A stretch of DNA of 64,000 bases from an uncultured Desulfosarcina sp. (GCA_963674945.2 CAXXWQ010000003.1:1408001-1472000), one strand, 5' to 3'; positions 43,321 to 53,575 are shown, numbered from the stretch's first letter. Made by a program: numbers and translations. Notes: generated by a model from the sequence alone, not told the origin.

Positions 43321-43459
43321 TGCTGCCTCCCCAACAGTTAGAGATATTGCATTGCCATGTGGGCATCGCTGCTTTCAGCACAGAACGATTTTTATTATTC
43401 CACACAAAAATATAAGGCCGGTCAACCAGGAATCGATACATAGAATATGATCTTATAGG

Positions 43460-43512
43460 AAAAAAAGGAAGCCGCCGGCCTCCACAATGGGTTGTTTTCA
43501 GAGACCGGCGGC
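43460..43512 (-). terminator. Rho-independent terminator after the octaheme cytochrome gene
   Basis: GCCGCCGGTCTC...GAGGCCGGCGGC stem followed by TTCCTTTTTT on the minus strand. Confidence 0.7.
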
Positions 43513-43523
43513 GGTGGTTGGGT

Positions 43524-44924
43524 TTATTTCTTGCCGAAAATCTCGGGCGGGCGCGTCGTATTTCCTGTGGCATTGGGGTACTTGGGATAGACATAGGCTT
43601 TTTTGCCGGTGGCGATCAGATGGTCGGCTTCTTCCATGAATTCGTTGAAACGTGCCTTGCATTCGTAAAAGCCATGCCACCAGGCGTAGTCCGGGGCCAT
43701 CATCATGACACCCATTCGAGCCCGACGTCCCTCGTGGTGCCACAACTCATAAAACTGGAGTTCAAGATGTTCGTCAAAGAACTTGCCGTTGTCCAGCAGA
43801 TTCCTGGCGTACAGATTGTCCAGCATCGCCTTGGCCGGCTTGAAGTAGACTTCGTTATACTCCTCCACAGCCTTGTCGAAGCCCTGGTAGAAATCTTCGA
43901 TCCATGAATCGCCGTGACAGGCGCGGCATACGTTCTTCATTTTGTCACGCTCGACTTGCCAATCATTTCCTGCGGGAAACGGTTTGAAGTCGGCAGGACG
44001 GACGGTCAGCGGCGCCTGGGTTTCCCAGGAAATTCGTTCGGTGACATCGTGGGTACCCATGACTTTTCCGGTGCCGCTCATATGACAGGCGGCACAGGTG
44101 GGCGCCCGGTAATCGGTACCCGGCGACCAGGTACCCGCGGCGGCCTTGAAATTGAATTCATCCCCGAACGCATTGTAGATGGTTCCATGTTTTGACTCCT
44201 CGTAGATCTCGATCTGGGGGTGATCCGGCCCCAGGTGGCAGGAGTCGCAGGCCTCTGGACGCCGGGCCTCCGAAACCGCGAAACGATGCCGGCTGTGACA
44301 GGAAGTGCACGACCCCTTGCTGCCGTCCATGTTCAACCGACCTACGCCCACATTGGGCCAGGTGGTGGGATCCAGTTTGCCTTTGTCATCGATGGCCAGC
44401 ACCGTTCCGTGACAGTGGTAACAGCCGGTCTTGCGCTCGTTGTCCGAATTCATGCCCTTGTTCAGCCAGGGGTCCAGCTTCCAGATGATCTCGATGGTGT
44501 TGGCATGTTTGCTCTTGCTGTATTGGGTCACTTCGTCCGGATGGCACCGGGAGCAGTCCTTTGGGGTGACGACGGTGGCGATGGGAACCTTGTATTTCTG
44601 GTCTCCATAGGGAAGATCACTGCGGCCGTAATACTTCTCGTGATCCTTGGCCACATCCTGATCCCCCGGCTGGGCCAGATGGCAGTCCAGGCAGGTGATG
44701 TTGGCGTTGGCATGGCGGCTGTTTGCCCAGTCGCAGAACAAACCGGGATTGGTTTGTTTGTGGCACTCGATGCAGGCCACGGCCTCGGGCGGCATACTGC
44801 GTTCGATGCGAAACTCCTTGACCTTGGCATAGTTTGGTTGTGCGAAGGCCGGCATTTGCAGGATGGCCAACACCAGCAACGCAATTGCCGTGCCTTCCAG
44901 GATAGACAATTTGGGTCGCCTCAT
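43524..44924 (-). CDS. Periplasmic octaheme cytochrome c, HAO family
   Basis: Signal peptide, eight CxxCH motifs, GPDHPQIEIY and MAPDYAWWHG. Confidence 0.88.
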   Translation of the reverse strand: MRRPKLSILEGTAIALLVLAILQMPAFAQPNYAKVKEFRIERSMPPEAVACIECHKQTNPGLFCDWANSRHANANITCLDCHLAQPGDQDVAKDHEKYYGRSDLPYGDQKYKVPIATVVTPKDCSRCHPDEVTQYSKSKHANTIEIIWKLDPWLNKGMNSDNERKTGCYHCHGTVLAIDDKGKLDPTTWPNVGVGRLNMDGSKGSCTSCHSRHRFAVSEARRPEACDSCHLGPDHPQIEIYEESKHGTIYNAFGDEFNFKAAAGTWSPGTDYRAPTCAACHMSGTGKVMGTHDVTERISWETQAPLTVRPADFKPFPAGNDWQVERDKMKNVCRACHGDSWIEDFYQGFDKAVEEYNEVYFKPAKAMLDNLYARNLLDNGKFFDEHLELQFYELWHHEGRRARMGVMMMAPDYAWWHGFYECKARFNEFMEEADHLIATGKKAYVYPKYPNATGNTTRPPEIFGKK

Positions 44925-44976
44925 GGTCCCCCCTTTCGATGGAAAAGCCTGATGAACGATTATAAATGCAGAATCC

Positions 44977-45540
44977 TTACAGCTTTCTCAGCCCTTTGGC
45001 CTGATATGGCACCTCCCGGTATTGCTTGTACATAACGGTTACCTGGTCGTTGTGAACCAGGTCATAATGGCAGTCTACGCATTTTTTCTCATACCCCGGT
45101 CTGGGATAGAGAACGGTTTTATGGGCAAGCATGGCACCGCGCTTGTCGGGCATTGCCAGCAGGTTGCGATGGCATTTTTGGCATTGGGCATTGTCAAAGG
45201 AGGCGTAGGCCGCTTCACGGTTTTTCTGGCGATCGTATTTTTCGATGATGAAATGTTTGATTACGTCCTTGGCGCCGTGGAACGTTTTGGCAAAGAAAAA
45301 GTCGAATGTTTTATGCGGTGCCGGCAGGTGGCAGTCCATGCAGTCTGCCACGAATCCTTGCGGATTGTTCACATGGGTTGAAGATCGCCAGGCCACCACT
45401 GCCGGCTTGATTTCATGGCATGTCGCACAAAAGCCAGGTGTTGAGGTTCTCACCATGGTGTAGTAGGTCATGCTGAACAACGGAAATGCGATGATGATGC
45501 CGACACCGATGAGTATGGCTGCAATCACGTACTTTTTCAT
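44977..45540 (-). CDS. NapC/NirT/NrfH family tetraheme cytochrome c
   Basis: N-terminal TM helix, CATCH, CMDCH, CQKCH, CVDCH. Confidence 0.9.
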   Translation of the reverse strand: MKKYVIAAILIGVGIIIAFPLFSMTYYTMVRTSTPGFCATCHEIKPAVVAWRSSTHVNNPQGFVADCMDCHLPAPHKTFDFFFAKTFHGAKDVIKHFIIEKYDRQKNREAAYASFDNAQCQKCHRNLLAMPDKRGAMLAHKTVLYPRPGYEKKCVDCHYDLVHNDQVTVMYKQYREVPYQAKGLRKL

Positions 45541-46088
45541 TGTGCCCCCATCAATCACTTTTCCTCAATTTAATAATGCGAAACGATAAACGGCGCTTAA
45601 AAGATGCTCCCACCCATCTTAGTTGCCTACTAGAAAGTCTGACATGCCACCGCTCGGGAGCCGGACAATCGCTGCAGGCTGAATTATCCCCAGAAAAGAA
45701 CCGGCAATGCGGTCAGCAGGTATTTCCTTAGGAGTGGAGCTCTTTTATTGAACTTCAACAGCAACATGAGGAAACATCTTGGATTATGTCACGGGAGAAT
45801 CAATAGATATGAATACACATAATAAATATTCCCGTGCGTGTCAAACATATCGATTCTATTTGGTAACGCATGACAATCTCCATGATTTTCTAACAAGGTT
45901 GCTTGGACAATTGTTCAAAAATGAAGTATTTTAATGCATAAAAAGCTCGCTGTCGGTCCGAATCGTTTTGTTTTCCCTTTTCGTCAGCGGTGCAGTTCCT
46001 TAAGGGGCGGACGAATTGACGATGGGGCGGAAACGCACAATTGATGATTCGGGTTCGGCCGGTCTCATCATTTTTTGAAAAAAAAGGA

Positions 46089-46973
46089 ATGCAATTGGAC
46101 CTATCATTCATACCCATTGGCATGGAGCAGCAGAACGATTACCGCCGGCAACTGGCCCAATGCCGCCAGATTGCATCGGACTACAGCTTCACCAACCTGT
46201 TCGGGTGGGCACCGGAATACGACCTGGCGTGGGCCTGGAAAGATGATCTGGTCTGGATTCGACAATCTCACCCGTTCACGGCACTATGGGCGCCGATTGG
46301 AAACTGGGACACGGTGAACTGGCCGTCCCTATTGCCGGCACTATCTTCCGTGGCGGATCGTATCATTCGCATACCGGAGGTTTTACGGGAAATCTGGCAA
46401 GATGCGATATCCGGCGATGGCAGATTTACTGAATCCCGTGGCCAGTGGGATTATTTGTATCGGATCGAAGAGTTGGTACAATTGAAGGGCAATCGGTTTC
46501 ACAAGAAAAAAAACTTGGTCAACCAGTTCAAGAAAACCTATCCATTCGAATACCTGCCGTTCGGACCGGAAATGGTTGACCAGGCACTGGCAATGCAGGA
46601 AGACTGGTGCACCTGGCGAGATTGCGAAAGCCATGACACGCTGGCGGCCGAAAACAAGTCCATCGCACGAATTCTCGGCCAGTGGCAAAATCTCAAAGGC
46701 CTCAACGGCGGCGCACTTCGCGTGGAGGATAATCTGGTCGCCTACACCATCGCCGAAAGGATGCCCGACCAGACCATCGTCATTCACTTCGAAAAAGGCA
46801 ACCCCGATTACAAAGGAAGTTATCAGGCGATCAATCAATTGTTTCTGGAAAACCTTGCCCCGGGACCCGATCTGGTCAACCGGGAGCAGGATCTTGACGA
46901 TCCCGGATTACGCAAGGCCAAACTTTCCTACCACCCGGTCGGCCATGTCAAAAAATACGAACTGGCATTATGA
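46089..46973 (+). CDS. DUF2156 / aminoacyl-transferase-like domain protein
   Basis: SDYSFTNLFGW, DYLY...LKGNRFHKKKN, HFEKG, NREQDL...GLRKAKLSY. Confidence 0.85.
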   Translation: MQLDLSFIPIGMEQQNDYRRQLAQCRQIASDYSFTNLFGWAPEYDLAWAWKDDLVWIRQSHPFTALWAPIGNWDTVNWPSLLPALSSVADRIIRIPEVLREIWQDAISGDGRFTESRGQWDYLYRIEELVQLKGNRFHKKKNLVNQFKKTYPFEYLPFGPEMVDQALAMQEDWCTWRDCESHDTLAAENKSIARILGQWQNLKGLNGGALRVEDNLVAYTIAERMPDQTIVIHFEKGNPDYKGSYQAINQLFLENLAPGPDLVNREQDLDDPGLRKAKLSYHPVGHVKKYELAL

Positions 46974-47096
46974 TGCTGTTTTCAACCATTTATTTGTGAC
47001 CAATGCATCAAAAGAAACGTAACATCTTTAAATATCATACAAATACTTCACGCTAACGCATTATCAGCCTTTGGATGTGTTTTTCCATCTTTTCGA

Positions 47097-47624
47097 TCAC
47101 GTTTCCTGTCCGGCGGACGCCCCCTCCCCTTTCGGTGCGAAGAGGATCGCCATCAATCTGCCGATGCCCAATATCCCGCCAACGACCAAGGCACCGCCGA
47201 CCAGTTGAATTCCCATCCAGAGCCACGGATTGGGCGCCGGTTCCTGAACCTTTGCGGCAAGGGCGGAAATGAGAAAGTACATGAAGGCATAGTTGTTGAA
47301 CAAAACGGGTAGAATTTCTCCCAATGCTACGATCAGGTAGACGAACAGGCATATGTAAACGAGTTTTGCCGTCAAAATTCCGGTCAGGGGTGCAACCGCC
47401 TTGAGAAATATTCCGATCAGCACAAGGTTGAGGATGCCGAATGTTCCTCCGATGAGAATATGCGGCGCTCGCTTGGGATTCATATGATTTTCAAAAAAGA
47501 AGATCATCACCATGAATGCCGGCCAATTGGCCATGTGCAAGTGATGCAGAACGATATCGATGGATACGATCAGGACCAACAGGAACACGCCAAAAATCAA
47601 CCTCGTTTTGTCTATCTTCGCCAT
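47097..47624 (-). CDS. Hypothetical membrane protein
   Basis: 175 aa, about six hydrophobic segments, RBS upstream. Confidence 0.7.
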   Translation of the reverse strand: MAKIDKTRLIFGVFLLVLIVSIDIVLHHLHMANWPAFMVMIFFFENHMNPKRAPHILIGGTFGILNLVLIGIFLKAVAPLTGILTAKLVYICLFVYLIVALGEILPVLFNNYAFMYFLISALAAKVQEPAPNPWLWMGIQLVGGALVVGGILGIGRLMAILFAPKGEGASAGQET

Positions 47625-47647
47625 TGGTTTACCTCACATGTAACTAT

Positions 47648-47767
47648 GACGGATTCGTAAAAAGCTTTTCCAGGCCAAATACGGCCAAACAATCGCATGC
47701 GAGAAACTCGTTATTATTTTCTTTGCAGACAGATGGAAACGAGGGAAAAGCTTTTTATAAAAAAGTC
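47648..47767 (+). repeat. Palindromic intergenic repeat element, copy 2
   Basis: GACGGATTCGTAAAAAGCTTTTCC ... GGAAAAGCTTTTTATAAAAAAGTC; aligns with the reverse complement of 30451-30559. Confidence 0.7.
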
Positions 47768-47796
47768 CTTTTTAAGTGGAATAATGAACGAGTTCC

Positions 47797-49131
47797 CTAT
47801 AAGTCCGAAATCTGAAACAACGATTCCTCAAATTCCGGCCGATTCTCATATTTTCGCATCAATTGTGCCGGTATTTTTTCGACTTCCTGAAACAGGCGGT
47901 CTTCTGCGTCGATACCGGCCTGATGAAGCGCTTTTCGGATATCTTCCGGTTCGGGCGGACAGCCTTTCACGGGAATCATCTCCTTGATGACAGGATTTTT
48001 CCTGTGGGCCTTGTACATGCACTGGCCGATCAGTATGGTTTTGTTCATTCCGGGGGTCGGCTGCATTCTTTTGCCGGTGAGAACTTCCACCTTGTCCCAG
48101 GCTTTTCCCTTCCAGGCCGAACGGAGGGCTGCCAGGGCCAGTCCATTGACAAGCGAACAATAGGTGCACATGGTGGTGTCGTATCTTCGGTAGGAAACGC
48201 CTTTGATGCCCTGCTGCAAAAGGGGGGCGGGAAGCCAGGAGCCGTCATCTGCCTGTCCATAGGCATAATCGAATTCATGGCGAAAGGCCACGTTATCCAC
48301 TTCTTCTCCTGACAATTCGATATCCGACAGATCCAATGGACGGCCCCGCTTCTGCGCGGCCAGTACCAGGTGAGGTACCGCATCCGGCGTGTGTCCCAGA
48401 ACCCGCGCCCCCACCAAGTCGGCCGACAGCACATCGGACGAGGCGATCAACAGGTTTGTCCTGCGAATGCGTCCGTCCGGCCCCGGCCCCCTTTCATTGG
48501 AATAGATCCCGTCGATGAGGGTGAACATGGGAGGCATTTTATCGGCCAGTCGGGATACCCAGAAGTGAAGGTCCCTGACCGGGTCCGCGTTGTGGCACCG
48601 TTTTCTCGACCGCATGTCGATGGTTCCCTTGAGGTTCTTGATACCCAGACTGACGACGGTCTGCACGTGGGTTTTCAACACCGGCAGATTGACCACGAAA
48701 TCGCTGGCCAGGATGTCGCTGTTGAAGTTCAGGCGCACATCGTCACCCAGGTCGACTTCTTCGAAGGGCCGCTCCATTATGTTGGCGATTTTTACGCCGT
48801 AGCGACGGCGCAACCGGTTGTACCCCAAAGTTTCGAAGGCGTGGGCCGGTTTTTCGTGATCCGTTGGACGGATCACCATGCCTTCGCCGATGGTGATATC
48901 GTCGATTCCACGCTCCTTGAGAAGGACCACCACGTCCTCCACCACCCGTGATGTAGTGATCACGCCCCACTTGGGAAAGGGACCGTGAACCGACCAGAAA
49001 ACGATATTGGGCTTGATAAATACCCGGTCCTTGGGTTTCAGTTGGTTTAACCCGCCGCTCGAATCGACTGCATGGCGGACGGATTCGAGCGGATTTCGAT
49101 ACGGGACGATGGCGACGATGGGCTTGGACAT
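47797..49131 (-). CDS. DUF362 domain protein with a C-terminal putative Fe-S domain
   Basis: VFIKPN, VNLPVLKTH...SLGIKNLKG; C-terminal CTYC, IGQC, KGCPP. Confidence 0.85.
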   Translation of the reverse strand: MSKPIVAIVPYRNPLESVRHAVDSSGGLNQLKPKDRVFIKPNIVFWSVHGPFPKWGVITTSRVVEDVVVLLKERGIDDITIGEGMVIRPTDHEKPAHAFETLGYNRLRRRYGVKIANIMERPFEEVDLGDDVRLNFNSDILASDFVVNLPVLKTHVQTVVSLGIKNLKGTIDMRSRKRCHNADPVRDLHFWVSRLADKMPPMFTLIDGIYSNERGPGPDGRIRRTNLLIASSDVLSADLVGARVLGHTPDAVPHLVLAAQKRGRPLDLSDIELSGEEVDNVAFRHEFDYAYGQADDGSWLPAPLLQQGIKGVSYRRYDTTMCTYCSLVNGLALAALRSAWKGKAWDKVEVLTGKRMQPTPGMNKTILIGQCMYKAHRKNPVIKEMIPVKGCPPEPEDIRKALHQAGIDAEDRLFQEVEKIPAQLMRKYENRPEFEESLFQISDL

Positions 49132-49171
49132 GGGCGGCCTCTTTTACTACGGCTTTTGGTCTGTTAATGGA

Positions 49172-49633
49172 TCAACCATCGATGATATACATGGCCAGAA
49201 ATTCCGCCACACATGCCGGCTTGGCGGCACCCTGAATCTCTATGGTGTGCTGGGTGGTCACGAGAATTCTGCCGGCGCCCTTCTGCTTTACGTCCTTGCA
49301 CACGATGACATCACGAATCGAGGAATTCACCGGAACCGGGTTAACAAAACGTACGCGATTGAGGCCGTAATTAAAAAACATCTTCGTGCCGGTGGGAACC
49401 AGGGAAAATTGGGAACCCAGATACGGGATCAGGGACAGCGTGAGAAAACCGTGGGCGATGGTGCCGCCAAAGGACTCCTTTGCCTTGACCGGATCCACGT
49501 GTATCCACTGGTAGTCCTCGGTTGCGGCGGCAAACCGATCGATGCGGTCCTGGTCGATTGTCATCCAGTCGCTTACGCCGATCTCTTCGCCGACGAGATC
49601 TTTCAGTTCGTTCAGGGATAATTGCTTTTTCAT
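49172..49633 (-). CDS. MaoC family (R)-specific dehydratase
   Basis: FAAATEDYQWIHVDP, IAHGFLTLSL, YGLNRVRF. Confidence 0.92.
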   Translation of the reverse strand: MKKQLSLNELKDLVGEEIGVSDWMTIDQDRIDRFAAATEDYQWIHVDPVKAKESFGGTIAHGFLTLSLIPYLGSQFSLVPTGTKMFFNYGLNRVRFVNPVPVNSSIRDVIVCKDVKQKGAGRILVTTQHTIEIQGAAKPACVAEFLAMYIIDG

Positions 49634-49648
49634 CGGTAGATCACCACC

Positions 49649-50521
49649 TTACTTTTTCGAATAGTCGTACCACCCTTTTCCGCTCTTCTGCCCGTACTCC
49701 CCCTTGATATACCGCGCCACCGTTTGCGGCGACGGGAAGTTGCTCGCATCACCGGTTCGCTTGAAGCGCTCCATGCCCATGATGTAAGACAGGTCGATAC
49801 CGGTGAGATCTTCCAGCCGAAAGGGCCCCATGGGATGGCCGGCGCCGTAGACGCAGGCCTTGTCGATGTCCTCGAAGGAAGCGACTCCCATCTCGAGCAT
49901 CCACTTGGCCTCCTTGTTGATAACCCGGAAGATGCGGTTGAGCAAAAAGCCATCCACCTCTTTTCGCACATGTACCGGCACCTTTTCCAGACGGTCGCAG
50001 AGCGCAAGGGAGATCCGGGCCGTCTCGTCGGAGACGTGGGGCCCCTGAACCACCTCCACCAATTTCATCACCAGGGCCGGGTTGAAAAAGTGAAGGTTGA
50101 CCACCTTTTCGGGACGCCCGGTGACATCGGCAATACGGGAACTGACGATGGCGGAGCTGTTGGTGGCCAGGATGGCATGGGCCGGAGCGAATTTGTCCAG
50201 GTCGGCAAATACGTTGCGCTTGATATCCAATACTTCGATGGCCGCTTCGATCACGTAGTCCGCCTCTTTCACCGCATCTTCCAAATTCGACGTGAAACGG
50301 ATTCTCTCCCGCGCCGCCGTTGCTTCGTCTTCGGATAATCTGCCCTTTTTTACCCGTCCTGGCAAGTACCCGTCCACAAATGATTCCGCTTTTTTCAGCA
50401 CCTCTTCGCTGATATCGGTACAGGTGGTGTTGTATCCCCTGATGGCGCAAAGGGTGGAGATCTGGTGGCCCATGTTTCCCGCCCCGATCACGCAGACGTT
50501 TTTAATGTCGTCGATATTCAT
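49649..50521 (-). CDS. 3-hydroxyacyl-CoA dehydrogenase
   Basis: IGAGNMG, VIEAAIE, ATNSS, HFFNP, GHPMGPF. Confidence 0.93.
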   Translation of the reverse strand: MNIDDIKNVCVIGAGNMGHQISTLCAIRGYNTTCTDISEEVLKKAESFVDGYLPGRVKKGRLSEDEATAARERIRFTSNLEDAVKEADYVIEAAIEVLDIKRNVFADLDKFAPAHAILATNSSAIVSSRIADVTGRPEKVVNLHFFNPALVMKLVEVVQGPHVSDETARISLALCDRLEKVPVHVRKEVDGFLLNRIFRVINKEAKWMLEMGVASFEDIDKACVYGAGHPMGPFRLEDLTGIDLSYIMGMERFKRTGDASNFPSPQTVARYIKGEYGQKSGKGWYDYSKK

Positions 50522-50558
50522 GTCTCGTTCCTCCGTAAAAATAGAATTAAACTTTCCA

Positions 50559-51767
50559 TTATCGTTGCAGGTTTTCGATCACCGTGGCCACTCCCAGACC
50601 ACCGCCACAGCAGGAACTGAAGAAACCGTACTGCCCGCCGCTCCGAATCAGTTCCCGCATGGCAAACATGCAGACACGGGCACCGGAAGCACCATTGGGG
50701 TGTCCGTAGGCAATTGCCCCGCCCAAGGGATTCCATTTTTCCATATCGATCTTCTCACCGGTCTGATTTTCGATCTCCTGGATAACGGCCAGGTTCTGGA
50801 CGGCAAAGGCCTCGTTGCACTCCATTACCGCCATATCGCTTATTTTCAGATCGGCCATTTGAAGTGCCTTGACAACGGCATGGGCCGGCCCGATGCCCAT
50901 GATTTTGGGATCCACGCCGCAGTCGGCACCGCTGATCCAGCGGGCCATGGGAGAATAGCCCAACGCTTCGGCCTTTTCCCGTGTCATCATCAAGACGAAA
51001 GCCGAACCGTCGTTTCGGCCGGAAGCATTTCCGGCGGTCACGGTGCCGCCTTTCTTGAAGACGGGTTTTAGTTTTGCCAGTCCTTCCCGTGTCGTATCCG
51101 GCCGGATATGCTCATCCTTGTCGAAAACGATTTCAGGGGTTTTACGGGTGGCCGGGATAACCACGGGGACGATTTCGCCTTCGAATTTGCCGTCTTCCCA
51201 TGCCTTTGCCGCTCTCATCTGGCTGTTGCAGGCGAATTCATCGGACTGCTCCCGGGGAATGTCATACATCTCCTGCAGGTTCTCCGCCGTTACTCCCATG
51301 ACGAGCTGTTCCTCTTCGACGGGCGACAATGTCATTTTAATTGGTGAGGGCGGAATCAGGCGATACGGCGGATTGGACATGGAGAACCGTGCGGGAATCT
51401 GGCTGTAGGACTCCATGCCGCCGGCAATGATGATGTCGGCCGCACCGGCGTTCAGCTTCCAGGCCGCATGGTTGATGGAATCGATGGCCGAACCGCACTG
51501 CATCTCCACATAGGTGGCGCTGGTCTCGTACCCCAGGCCTGCTTTCAGCGTTGCCCATCGGGCCGGGTTCATGGCCCTGGAGCAGTGGGCGGCGCTTCCC
51601 AGGAAGACACAGTCCACCCTGGCTTTTTCGAGAATCCTGGTTTTTTCCACCAACCCGCGGATACCGATTGCAGCCAGTTCGGATGCGCTGATATCGCGGA
51701 TGGTCCCACCCATTCGGCCGAAAGCCGTTCTGACGCCATCAATAAATACGACTTCATTGCTTGACAT
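50559..51767 (-). CDS. Thiolase (acetyl-CoA acyltransferase)
   Basis: MQCGSA, TAGNASG, NEAFA, GHPNGASG, CCGGG. Confidence 0.93.
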   Translation of the reverse strand: MSSNEVVFIDGVRTAFGRMGGTIRDISASELAAIGIRGLVEKTRILEKARVDCVFLGSAAHCSRAMNPARWATLKAGLGYETSATYVEMQCGSAIDSINHAAWKLNAGAADIIIAGGMESYSQIPARFSMSNPPYRLIPPSPIKMTLSPVEEEQLVMGVTAENLQEMYDIPREQSDEFACNSQMRAAKAWEDGKFEGEIVPVVIPATRKTPEIVFDKDEHIRPDTTREGLAKLKPVFKKGGTVTAGNASGRNDGSAFVLMMTREKAEALGYSPMARWISGADCGVDPKIMGIGPAHAVVKALQMADLKISDMAVMECNEAFAVQNLAVIQEIENQTGEKIDMEKWNPLGGAIAYGHPNGASGARVCMFAMRELIRSGGQYGFFSSCCGGGLGVATVIENLQR

Positions 51768-51802
51768 GTGCACTCCTTTTGTTTTCCATTGGATGATTTT
51801 CC

Positions 51803-53575
51803 CTAATCACCAATAAAAAAGCGCTCAGGGTCGAAGAGTCGCAACAGAACCAGCTCTTCGCGGGTCGGCGGCGTGATTCGCACAAGGTCCGGCGAGACAA
51901 TCAGTTCCCAACCGATATTTTCCCGGATGCCCGCCAGGCAACCGGACTCACTGGCAGCGTCGGCGGCGGGCAGGTAATGGGTCAGCGTAAACGGATGCCG
52001 GCCTCGTGGCTTTTCGAAGACACCCACATCGGTGACCAGAGTCCGTATAGGGTCTCCGGAAAACGTGACGTAGGGAACCTTTGGAAGCAATCGATCCTTT
52101 CCCGCAGTCGTCACCACGATGGACTCCCGACTGGTGGCGGCCACATCGTTGGCACCGCCGGAGCCCACCAGAAAGGTCACGCCGGGAATCAATGTCGAGT
52201 TGACGTTTCCAAACAGGTCGATCTGGCCGGCACCGAGAATGCCGAGGCAGCGGCTGGAGGGACTGCCCACCATGTATCCCAGGATGGTTTCGATGTTGGT
52301 CAAAAATGCACTGGAATGGTTGTTGTGGTAGCTGAAAGCCGTGGGATCCGATGGCCGGGGATCGTATCCCGCCATGCCGATCTCGGCCAGCATGTCGACC
52401 CTGTTCCCCTTTTCTTCCAGGCGGTGTTTCGCCAGCCAGGCGCTCAGGTTGGCCTGACCGATGCCGGCCAGCAGGCTGTCATACCCTTTGGCCAGACAAC
52501 GTTCGGCAATCACCCGGCTTGCCGCCACGGTCATCTTCTCCAGGATATTCGGCGGCCGGGAAAAGTCGACATTCTGGCATTTCGTTGCGGTTTCGGCCTT
52601 CCATGAATCGGCCTGGGCCTTGCCGCGCAGGTAGAGCAAGCGTTTCGCCCCCAGTCTGGCCAGATAGTCATCGTGGTCCTTGACGCTTAAAATCCACCTG
52701 TCGATCCAGTGGTCGAAGTCTTCGTCGCGACAGGTGGCCTCCATGAGTTCGGCCTGAAAGTCATAGTCCGGGAAATTGGCGTTTTCGTAGTCGGGCAGTC
52801 CATGCCCCGTGACGCCGTATGGGTGCAGTCCGAAAGGCGCCTCGCAGACGGCCAGAACCGACCGGGCGGGAATGCGAACCATGTGGGCATGCCTCTTCAC
52901 ATAATCCGTGGAAACAATTTTTTCGGTACTGACGATCACGCCTTTTTTGGCGGCCCAGGCGCCGTAGGCGTCTCCGATCAACGGATAGGTGAACAGGGCG
53001 TTTCCGCTTTTGTCGGCGGCGGCGGCATGCATCAGGGCAACGTCCGGGACAAGTGGACGGACCAGACCGATCTTCTCCTTACCGCCAAAGGGCGCATCCA
53101 TTGTCGTAAAATTTGACTGGTTCTCTTCTGCCATACTGCTTCCCATCAACGACCGGGTGGGCAGAAAGTCCAGCCCCAGCGCTGCCGCCAGCAGACGCTG
53201 GATGAGCGTACGGATGGTCCAGTTCTCGATTTCAATGCCACCCTTTACGAAAGCCTTCTGTACGACCCGGCAGGGTCGCGGACTCGGATAGGTATGACCG
53301 ACGAAACTGGTGATGGCCTTTTTGACCAGCCCACCATGGATCATGGCGTGAAGCTGCAGGGTCACACCGGTGGTGATGATGGTGAAATCCGGCCGCTGCC
53401 CCCAGAACTGTCTGACCAGGGGGTTGAGCAGGGCCGCACCGCAGGGAACGTAAAGTTTCATCTGCGGTTCGACGTGACGCGCGATGGCCTCTTGCGGCGT
53501 GCAGCGCTTATCTTCGCCATCCGGTTTTGCATCGTCGAATTTTTGCCTGATCAATGCGGCCAGCTGTTGTTCCAT
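51803..53575 (-). CDS. Family I CoA-transferase with fused A and B subunits (glutaconate CoA-transferase-like)
   Basis: PDVALMHAAAADKSGN (A part); LAEIG, GAGQIDLFGNVNST, GSGGANDVA (B part). Confidence 0.85.
   Translation of the reverse strand: MEQQLAALIRQKFDDAKPDGEDKRCTPQEAIARHVEPQMKLYVPCGAALLNPLVRQFWGQRPDFTIITTGVTLQLHAMIHGGLVKKAITSFVGHTYPSPRPCRVVQKAFVKGGIEIENWTIRTLIQRLLAAALGLDFLPTRSLMGSSMAEENQSNFTTMDAPFGGKEKIGLVRPLVPDVALMHAAAADKSGNALFTYPLIGDAYGAWAAKKGVIVSTEKIVSTDYVKRHAHMVRIPARSVLAVCEAPFGLHPYGVTGHGLPDYENANFPDYDFQAELMEATCRDEDFDHWIDRWILSVKDHDDYLARLGAKRLLYLRGKAQADSWKAETATKCQNVDFSRPPNILEKMTVAASRVIAERCLAKGYDSLLAGIGQANLSAWLAKHRLEEKGNRVDMLAEIGMAGYDPRPSDPTAFSYHNNHSSAFLTNIETILGYMVGSPSSRCLGILGAGQIDLFGNVNSTLIPGVTFLVGSGGANDVAATSRESIVVTTAGKDRLLPKVPYVTFSGDPIRTLVTDVGVFEKPRGRHPFTLTHYLPAADAASESGCLAGIRENIGWELIVSPDLVRITPPTREELVLLRLFDPERFFIGD

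Noticed and set aside
45600..45760. Riboswitch in the cytochrome operon leader
   Set aside because: No recognisable Moco, cobalamin or c-di-GMP consensus
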